Shown: in pieces, positions 55,130 to 64,000 of the stretch | Numbering within the stretch: the first letter of the stretch is position 1 | Layout of the letters: each line of letters starts with the position of its first letter | DNA from: the human T2T-CHM13v2.0 reference genome, Homo sapiens | Length of the DNA stretch: 64,000 nt | Strand: one strand, 5' to 3' | Assembly (NCBI RefSeq): GCF_009914755.1 | Contig: NC_060927.1 | Notes under the pieces: generated by a model | Told to the model about the DNA's origin: nothing | Seen by the model: the letters and a program-made list of their open reading frames with translations, nothing else | The model's database searches: none | Program-made: the position numbers and the translations under genes

Positions 55130-55960
55130 AACCAGCCACTGATCTCGGCAAGAAATGGGTTACTGTTGGTCTTAAGAGCTACTTTTTCTAATGGTAGAGG
55201 AATTAAACAGCACCAGTGGCCTCATTACAGTACAGTGAAGAAAAATTAGAAAATAAAGAATTGGAGACAATGAAAAGGCACAACTTTCTGAGGCCGTGGG
55301 AGGAGAAATAGAGAAAATGGGTAGAAACTGAATGATTATGTGAGTTATGGCATTTTCTTTCGGTGGGTGATAATCACTAAGGAATATTTTATGATAATGA
55401 TAATTTTATGACAATGATGATAGTAATGATACAATAGAAAGGAAAAAGTGGTCATGAAGAAGAAGGCTGATACAAGGGCAGGATTGAGGCTTGTGTTTTA
55501 TTTTGTTTCATTATATTTTGCTTTTACAGGTAATACGGGATGGGTTGCAGGAATAAATAGAGAGGCTTTATTTTGATTGGGAAAACTACTCATTACTCCA
55601 TTCTACTAGAAGTGAAGGCATAATATGTGGTTTCAGATACAGGAAGTTGATGAGGTTTTCAGCAGAGTGATGAAGGCAGTTGGCTTATTGGAGATAGGAG
55701 GTGTTATAAAACAGAAATTCAAAAAATGATTTTACTAAAGAAATGTGGTAAGATTGGCAGTGATGATAACTATTTGAGATTTTTCATCATGATTTTGAAA
55801 TACTTAACACTTTGTGTGATATCTCCAAGAGCATTCAGCTTTATATAAAAGCAGATTAATGCGTCAGTGGGGAGATGGGTAATGGAGTTAACTGTATTTT
55901 TCAGTCAGTTACAGAGAATGACAATCAGATTAAGGTTGGGCAAAGAGGAAGGGGTACATA
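55130..55960 (-). mobile_element. L2 LINE fragments
   Basis: 'gatctcggcaagaaatgggttactgttggtctt..ttggagacaatgaaaaggcacaactttc'; very diverged. Confidence 0.4.
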
Positions 55961-55972
55961 ATTCTGGTGAGG

Positions 55973-56553
55973 TATTGGGGAAATCAAGGCCCTTGACCCC
56001 CTAAACGTTCACTGAAAAATCACAGCTGGAAGGAGATTGATCATTACAAGAAAAAGTATAACAAACTTATTTAATGTGTATGCATGGGAGTCTTTAAAAT
56101 GAAAACCCAAGCTTCCTATGAGGTACAAATCTCATATGTCATTTTGACTTTACAGAAAAAATGCAGGCCAAGAGTGTGGCCGAACACAGGTAATATTGGT
56201 AAATTAGGTTTTACTGCCAGGACAGGTTATGGGGCAGGAGTAAAGAAGAGGCTTGGGTAGCAAAGGTAGCCTTGTTATGCAGATGAAGCCTTGTAGGTAG
56301 TAGCTCTCAGAAAGGATGGATAGTAAATGTCTCTTTTCATACCCTTTAGATGTCAGACTCTAAGTTAATCTCCCCTGGATCCAGAAAAAGCCTAGAAAGG
56401 GAAGGCCTAGCTGCATTAATGGAGATTCTCAACAGATGCAAATTTCCCCCACAAAAGACTTTGCAGGCGCATTTCCATTTGCTGACCCTGTGGCAGCTAG
56501 TTAAAATATGTCAGAGAAATATAATTTGGTGTAAAATATTTATGTTTCATTCG
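55973..56553 (-). mobile_element. MER39/MER34-family ERV1 solo LTR
   Basis: 'ctgcattaatggagattctc..cagatgcaaatttcccccacaaaagac..aaaatatgtcagagaaatata..ggtgtaaaatattt'. Confidence 0.75.
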
Positions 56554-56684
56554 ATATAATTTACAAAACACAAATGCACCCATTTTAAGTGTACAATTTA
56601 TGATTCATATCAAATTTATCTATTTGTGCAATCATCACCAGCATCTGATTTTAGAACATTCCTAGAAGGTTCCCTTTACAGGTA

Positions 56685-56838
56685 ATCCTCATTCTCAGGA
56701 AACTACTAATACTCCCCCAAACTCAGGCAACTACTAATCTATCCCCATATTCAGGCAACTACCCCCATACTCAGGCAACTACTAATCTATCCTCATACTC
56801 AGGCAACTACCCCCATACTCAAGCAACTACTAATCTAG
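56685..56838. repeat. Minisatellite, 6 units CCCCATACTCAGGCAACTAC(TAATCTAT)
   Basis: Mix of 28-bp and 20-bp units read directly. Confidence 0.9.
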
Positions 56839-56938
56839 TCTTTATATCTAAAGATTTGCTTTTTCTCAACTTTCTATATAAATGGAATAATACAATATGT
56901 GGTCTTTTTCAGCTGGCCTCTTTAAATTAACGTGATAC

Positions 56939-57334
56939 TTTCATGTACGTCCGTGTGAAGAGACCACCTCACAGGCTTTGTGTGAACAAGGCTGTTTATT
57001 TCGCCTGGGTGCAGGTGAGCTGAGTCAGAAAAGAGAGTCAGCAAGGGAGATGGGGTGGGGACATTTTATAGGATTTGGGTAGGTAGTGGAAAATTACAGT
57101 CAAAGGAGGTTGTTCTCTGGCTGGCAGGGGCTGGGGTCACAAGGTGCTCAGTGAGGGAGCTTTTGAGCCAGGATGAGTCAGAAGAAGGAATTTCACAAGG
57201 TGATGTCATCGGTTAAGGCAGGAACAGGCCATTTTCACTTCTTTTGAGATTCTTCAGTTACTTCAGGCCATCTGGATGTACACGTGCAAGTCACAGGGGT
57301 TATGATGGCTTAGCTTGCACTCAGAGGCCTAACA
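56939..57334 (-). mobile_element. LTR7-family (HERV-H) solo LTR, LTR7B-like
   Basis: Minus strand TGTTAGGCCTCTGAG..AAGCTAAGCCATCAT...CTCTTCACACGGACGTACATGAAA; perfect 5-bp TSD gatac (56934-56938, 57335-57339). Confidence 0.95.
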
Positions 57335-57363
57335 GATACATTCAAAGTTCAATCATGTAATAG

Positions 57364-58144
57364 TGAGAGACAGGATTAGCTGGATTTCCTAGGCCAACTA
57401 AGAATCCCTAAGCCTAGCTGGGAAGGTGACCGCTTCCACCTTTAAACATGGGGTTTGCAACTTAGCTCACACCCGACCAATCATATAGTAGAGAGAGCTT
57501 ACTAAAATGCTAATTGGGCAAAAACAGGAGGTAAAGAAATAGCCAATTGTCTGTTGCCTGAGAGCACAGCGGGAGGAACAATGATCAGGATATAAACCCA
57601 GGCATTGGGGTGCTACCCTCTTTGGGTCCCCTCCCTTTGTGTGGGAGCTCTGTCGTCAGTCTATTAAATCTTGCAACTGCACTCTCTTTTGGCCTGTGTT
57701 TGTTATGGCTCGAGCTGAGCTTTCGCTCGCCGTCCACCACTGCTGTTTGCTGCCCCTGTCGCAGACCTGCCGCTGACTTCCATCCCTCCGGATGCGGCAG
57801 GGTGTCTGCTGTGCTCCCGATCCAGTGAGGCGCCCATTGCCACTCCCAATCGGGCTAAATGCTTGCCATTGTTCCTGCACTGCTAAGTGCCCAGTTCGTC
57901 CTAATCGAGCTGAACACTAGTCACTGGGTTCTACGGTTCTCTTCCGTGACCCACGGCTTCTAATAGAGCTACAACACTCACTGCATGGCCCAAGATTCCA
58001 TTCCTTGGAATCCGTGAGGCCAAGAACCCCAGCTCAGAGAACACGAGGCTTGCCACCATCTTGGAAGTGGAAGCAGCTTGCTGCCATTTTGGAAGTGGCC
58101 TGCCACCGTCTTGGGAGCTCTGGGAGCAAGGACCCCCGATAACA
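57364..58144 (+). mobile_element. LTR17 (HERV-W) solo LTR
   Basis: TGAGAGACAGGATTAGCTGGATTTCCTAGG start; CCAAT, GATATAAA and ATTAAA present; 781 bp ending ATAACA; TSD atag/ttag. Confidence 0.95.
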
Positions 58145-58836
58145 TTAGCATGTATCAGTACTTCGTGTATGGATATACAACATTTTATTTATCCATTTAG
58201 AAGTTGATGGTCACTTGGCCTTTTTCCACTTTTGTACCATTATAAAAAAAACAAAAAATATTTAAGATGAATAATTTTGGACATCTGTTGACAAGGCATA
58301 AAATGAACAAATGTTCAGGGCGCCTATAATTTTGTCTGAATATTATCCTAGACAAAGAAGTAAAAAACTGAGAGTTTAGAAGTTTGGATGAATCATTTAT
58401 GTGTTGGTTTAAATCATAAACGAAAATGAAAAGAGTTGTAGAGGAGAAAGAAAAGGAAAGCTAGGTACTAAACTTATCAGTGAGTGTCAGTAAATAGCAA
58501 CGTGAAGGAATGAAATGCAGTGAAATCTGATGACCTTCACTTCACACAGACTAGAGTTTAAAAAGGGAGGAGGAGAGACAATGGCAAGCAGCATGTGAAA
58601 CAATGGCTTTTATTTGTATCTTCTTTATCTCATTTGGTATGTGAACTATTTGATATGTGAAATATAATGGTATGTGAAGAAATTAATAATCCCTCTTTTA
58701 AGAGTGCTGCAGAAGAAATAGCATCTTCATGGACAGCTAGATTTGCGTTAGAGCAAGAAGGTGATAGGGTGGCGGAAGGAAAGCTTACTTAGACAGAATG
58801 CCATGGAATAATTTAGAAGTTCAGGAGAAATGGAAG

Positions 58837-59532
58837 TCTTACAGTAGGTAGCTTGTCAGACACTAATAGGGCAGGAGAGGGCCCCCACCTCCCACCAGGA
58901 AAGTCAGGTGACCATTAGGTGATGGTCAGGCAGTTTGTCACACTGCCTCTCTAAAATAATAATAGGTCACAGCCAGTGCCAGGGAAAGGTAGTCTCCCAG
59001 TAGATAGGGAACACCTGAAACTGGTGATCAGCAGCTTTCTGATAAGATCTCAGGAGTTGGGTGAGTGGGCTCGAGCATGCACATTAAGAGGCAAAATGGC
59101 GAATATGACCTTCCAAGGACATTCTGCTGATAAGGGAAGAATGCCTCAAGTGAGTGTGCTCGTAACACCAGTAAACACACTGTGCATGCTCCCCTCTGAA
59201 GTGCTAGCAGGCCACAGGGATGTGGACAATTCACCCCCATGGAAGAATCAGGGGAGAAGGGATGCAAGACCCTGGAAGTACGCCAATGTATAAAACCCCA
59301 AGTCAAGATGTCAAACCCCACACTTGTCCTTCAAGTCACCCCCTTGGCCCTCTTCCAAGTGTACCTTTCTTCTCTTTGTTGCTGCTCTAAAGCTTTTTAA
59401 TAAACTTTCACTCCTGCTCTAAAACTTGCCTGGGTCTCTTATTCTGCCTTATCCCCCTCCGTTGAATTCTTTCTTCTGAGGAAGCAAGAATTGAGGTTGC
59501 TGCCAACCTGTACGGATTTGCTATCAGTAACA
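58837..59532 (+). mobile_element. MER50-like ERV1 solo LTR
   Basis: 'ttacagtaggtagcttgtcagaca..gggcaggagagggcccc'; TATAAAA; AATAAA; ends 'gtaaCA'; TSD gaag/gaaa. Confidence 0.85.
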
Positions 59533-59540
59533 GAAATAGA

Positions 59541-59843
59541 ACTACAGTGGATTGAATGTGTCGCCTCAAAGTTTATATGTTGAAACCTAATCTCCAATGT
59601 GATGATGTTAAGTAAGAGATGAGACCTTTGGGAAGTGAGATTATGTCTCAAGGCCAAAGCCCTAATGACTGGGATTAGTGTCATTATAAAAGAGGACCCC
59701 CTCATTCCTTCCATCACATGAAGACTTTGGTGCTCTTACCTTGGACTTTCTAGTATCTAGAACTGTGATACATACATTTTTGTTGTTTATAAACCACACA
59801 TTTTAAGGTGCTTTTGTTAAAGCGGTCCAAACAGAGTAAGACA
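59541..59843 (+). mobile_element. MaLR LTR (MLT1A/MSTD-like) with an internal deletion
   Basis: 'ttgaatgtgtcgcctcaaagtttatatgttgaaacctaatctccaatgtgatg' ... 'aacagagtaagaca'. Confidence 0.8.
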
Positions 59844-62800
59844 GGGACTACTAATTCAGGGCAACATTTCTCAGGATTTATGTCATTACCAAAGTCCCAT
59901 TTTATAACAAGTAGTTTATAACACTATTTTAATATTGTGAAATGTAATTCATAAAAATGTAAACAACTTGAAAACACACTTAAAAGTCAATGCAATATTC
60001 TAAGTATAATATGGGAAAATCAAAGGAAAATAATTCATATTAATCATGTATGTCACTATATTAACACTCAGACATGAGTTTAATATAGGTATAATAATAT
60101 AGTCAGAAGCTTGCATTTCTACTTAGCATCATCCTGAATGAGGTAAAAACGCAGACTGTTAGTATCATGCCAGTCTGACAATTCAGACATCACGAGAGGC
60201 TAATGGTGAACCAATTTTCCGACATAATGACAATTTTGGTAAAGTGCCATTTCTTTAAAAAGTGTAGTCTTTTCTTGATTTACGTAGTTAAAATCGTAAA
60301 AAAAATCACAGGTTTTTGTTTTGTTTTGTTTGAAAAATAACAACTTTGTATTGAAAACAAATAATAGTCTTTGTATTTACATGTAAAAGATAAGGTAGGC
60401 TTCATGAATATCTTGAATATCCCAGACGTCTAAAAAGTCAAATTATACCTATTATTTCTGAATCCAGACCATTAAATACCAGTAGTAACTCCCCTCAACA
60501 ATCACTGTAAAAACAAAAATGCAGCTTCCTAGGAAAAGTCAAGTGTGTGTTTAGCTCCAGTAATTCAAGGGAATATGTTGAGTATAATGAGAATTAGCAT
60601 GCATGAATAAGCAACTATTTTTTATGCTTTTGGTAAGCATGAAAATGTTATTAAAAAAAAAAAGAACAAGATATGATAGGACTGGCCCTGGAAATCAGAG
60701 AATGAAACTACTAAGAATCACAGGCAGCTGCTGTTTTCTTCCCTAACCCAAGGTGTTGTGTGTTAAAGAGGGAGAGGGACATCTGAACATGGTGAGGATG
60801 GCCAGGCCCTTCATAGAAGGAATTGCTTCATCCGACTGCTTGGTTATAAAATATCAACATAGGGCTGAGTCTTCCAGAGGTCTGAAGGTTTTGTGGCAAC
60901 TGAAGGTGCTTGTACAGACAAAAGGTAGACAGGTGGTTAAAACATTTAATAAGTCTTCAATGCATAGCAGTTTAGAGAGTGTTCAGAGAGAATCCAAAAT
61001 ACCTGCACACCCCAGCAAGCTTAATGTGTTATATCTATCTAAGTGGCATTCATTAAATATCTATTTTATTATAGAAAGTGAATCCAAGCACCTTGGAGAT
61101 AAGAAGAGAGAAGAGAAAGGGAGCTCCCAGTAGAAGAACGGTCCTGAAAAAAAAAAAATTATAGCCCCAAACCTACATACCATATTCAGCCAAATAAAAG
61201 TCTTATAAGTATCAAAATACAGCATTAAAATAAACTGATTAAAATAGTGGTGTTATTTGAGTATCCTTGTTGAAGAGTCATATGCTCTCTAAGTTGCTCC
61301 TCAGATTTTACATCTAGCTACATGTTTCTCTCTACCTGAGAGGCATTTGACTAAAAAAAATAAAGTTCTATTTCTCATTTATCTCCAGTGACGAAACAGT
61401 GCTCCTTTAAGATTGGTGTGCTTGTCTTAAAGTGCTCCTTTAAGACTGGTGTGATTGGTTGATCACTTTATGTTTTGTAAACTTATGAAAAATCTAGACA
61501 AACTAATGGAAAAGATAAGATCTGGAGAAGCTTGCTAAATTCTCATAGATGGAAAAGCCATAATTGTTAACAAAACCAAGCCATAATGAATACTCCATGA
61601 GGAAAAAAATATAGGGGAATGGAAAGAATACATACAATTCTATTGTTGTTTGTATCCATTTTTTCTTCATTTGAAAGCATTGACTAGTGATGAGATTAAT
61701 AAAGAGAATATATTATTCCTGATTTTCCAGGTTGTATATCTATTCCAATGTATAATTCCACTTCTACATTTTACACAATTTAGGAAGGAAGAAAGGAACA
61801 CATTGTACTTCATACACAATATTCAACACAAGTTTCAGAAACATAGACATTCAAATATAAAATGTTTATTTAAAGAGGATAGTGATTATGTTATTCTACA
61901 ATCTTTCTAAATAATATCCAATTTCTTATTAAAATCTAAAGTATTGAACAGCTTTCAGGTTTAAAATTGGCATTTATTTGTGATTAACTTACTCTCATAG
62001 TCAATATGAAATGAGTGTCCAGGTTAACCTAATGTTTTTATATCTTCATATACAGACAAGTTTTCTACTGCATAAGAATCTTTAGTTACATATTGTGGAT
62101 TTAGTATGTATTAAGTTAAAGGAGACAGAACATGTTTTCCTAATTAACTTTCCCCAAAGTTTATTTCAGTCATGATGTTTAAATTTCAATTACATTGTTT
62201 TATTTCCATAGATGAATGTTCAATCTATGTAGATGAATATGAATGCATAACATTATTTTAAATAGCTGGAAAAAATACACTGCAAAGCATCTGATGTGCA
62301 ACCAATTTGAATAATGTATGACTAGAGTAATATTTCCCTGAAGAACTTAAAGCGAATACTGTTATGTTTAATAGGCTAAGGTTATTTCAAATAATTAACA
62401 AAGAGGAATATTTTTATTGTCACTTTACTTTTCTCTAAATATTGAATACTTAAACAATCTGTACATATTCTAGAACTGTAATTAGTATATACGATACCAT
62501 ATTGTTCTCAAAAATACACCAGGACACAAACTGAAAGCAAATCACATTATGCATATTTTAAAAGTTAAACAATATGTGAACTTCTTTATATTTTGATAAA
62601 TATTAAGAATTATTTATAAAGTGTTTTTAAGGTTTTTTATTAGGTGAATAATGTTTTCTTTCCTTCAAAATATAAGGCTCACAACTATAGATTTGATGCT
62701 TTAATTTTGAATACAAATATGGTGTCTACCAAAGTAAACTGATAATGAGAGTATAAAAACGATTTGCCCCTTGTTCCAGCCTCTGATTTTCCCACAGGTT

Positions 62801-64000
62801 CATTTTCCCCTTTCCCTCGAGAAACACACCATTGCATTTTCTAAATCCTTAATGTGTAATGATCTTCCATTTTTAACCTGTTGCCAATTATCAGCCCCAC
62901 AGAAGCTATCTGAACATGTGGTTAGTGCACAGATTAATGGCATTCCCCAACTGTTTTTCATTTCATCCAGCACTCAATCTAGGTTCCAAAAACAGAAACA
63001 GTCTTGCATTGAAATGCTCATAAATTGCTTATTAAGGTGCTAACATTACACCCTTACTGCTTCTTGACATTCCATAGGCTTTAGGAGCTATCAGCCATGG
63101 CAATTGCTTATTATACTTGCTCTCCATTTTCGGTCCATGGAATAGCTTCAGTGATACCTTTCTAATTGGTTTCAGCTCTTAAATATGTTGGCTTCACATC
63201 CCCTCCATCTGCTCCTCCTTTTTCATCCCTTCGTGTTTAGTTCTTGACCATTTAGTATTTATAATGTAAAAGTTTTCAATTTTAAAATTACCTAAATATT
63301 GCTGCAATCACTACAACTTTATCATTAAAATACAAAAAAAAAAAAAGTTTTCAACCAGTAAACCTGGCTATATTTTATATTTGTGTTCAAATAACTTTAT
63401 ACTTTAAACTAGAGTATTTCACAGTTACAACTCAACTCTTAAAATATTCAAATCTTAAATAAAAATTATAAACTTTCTCTGAATGCTATGCTTCTTAAGT
63501 ATGATGCTTATATATATAATAAACTTTAGTTTTAACCTTATTAAAATGATTATAAGTTTGAACTGATGAACATATTTTTAAATATAACAGCATTTTACAT
63601 TTTCATATATTACTTCTCAGTTGATATAAGTGTAACATTTTACCCCAAATAATTTCTTCTTGGTTATAAAGTACAAATGATGACATATTACAAATCATTA
63701 TTAGTTTATTCATTAACATGAAAGTAAGTTTATAAAAGAAAATTATATTAGCTCCTTCTAGTGTCAAAATAATACCTATCACCTTCTAATACTTTTCAGA
63801 AAGTGCAGGAATCCCCAGTATGTTTTAAGTTCTTACTGAACAGCAATAAAAAAATCTTAGAATATCAAAAACCATTTTTTCAACTCAACTACGACACAGA
63901 ATAGCTGACAGTTTGTTAAGCCTTTTACTGGATAAATGTATTGAAATGCATGCAGTCATGTCACCTAGCAAAGTGAACTAGACATGATTATACAGCTCAT

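Larger units (their letters stand above)
56554..58245 (-). mobile_element. L1MB-like 3' end hosting LTR7, LTR17 and a minisatellite
   Basis: 'aaatgcacccattttaagtgtaca', 'aaatggaataatacaatatgtggtcttt'; resumes 'gcatgtatcagtacttc..tttatccatt..gttgatggtcacttgg'. Confidence 0.75.

Noticed and set aside
56685-56838. CRISPR-like repeat-spacer array
   Set aside because: Units are contiguous with no unique spacers, there are no cas genes, and the context is mammalian.
59880-60400. Possible MER113/Charlie-like DNA transposon fragment
   Set aside because: Similarity too faint to assign a family or boundaries without a search.
61398-61453. 23-bp direct repeat agtgctcctttaaga(t/c)tggtgtg with a 33-bp period
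   Set aside because: Common two-copy micro-duplication with no further structure.

Overview
This is primate (very likely human) AT-rich, repeat-dense genomic DNA from an intergenic region or a deep intron. I find no credible cellular protein-coding exon, RNA gene or CRISPR-type array. The ORFs with recognisable products come from L1 ORF2, endogenous retrovirus pol/env, Alu or simple repeats; the rest look like chance ORFs. The window records successive mobile-element insertions: L1 copies (two L1PA, one L1PB, L1MA, and L1MB/MC/ME fragments), eight Alus, many MaLR/ERV solo LTRs, several with intact target-site duplications (MLT1, THE1, MLT2A1, LTR7, LTR17, MER50, MER39-like), a 5'-deleted HERV-S/HERVL18 provirus (pol-env-LTR18A), a decayed ERVL internal region, and hAT DNA transposons (MER94, MER45B, Charlie). 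I found no new gene-encoded biological system. The strongest observations are: (1) two neighbouring L1PA copies share four non-consensus substitutions, suggesting ectopic gene conversion; (2) a HERV-H LTR7 and a HERV-W LTR17 sit head-to-head 29 bp apart inside an LTR cluster; (3) a sharp burst of CpG and AT-to-GC gains lies next to a palindromic TA-rich expansion that ends an L1PB. Repeat subfamily names and consensus comparisons are from memory and need RepeatMasker/Dfam confirmation. Boundaries of old elements are approximate.
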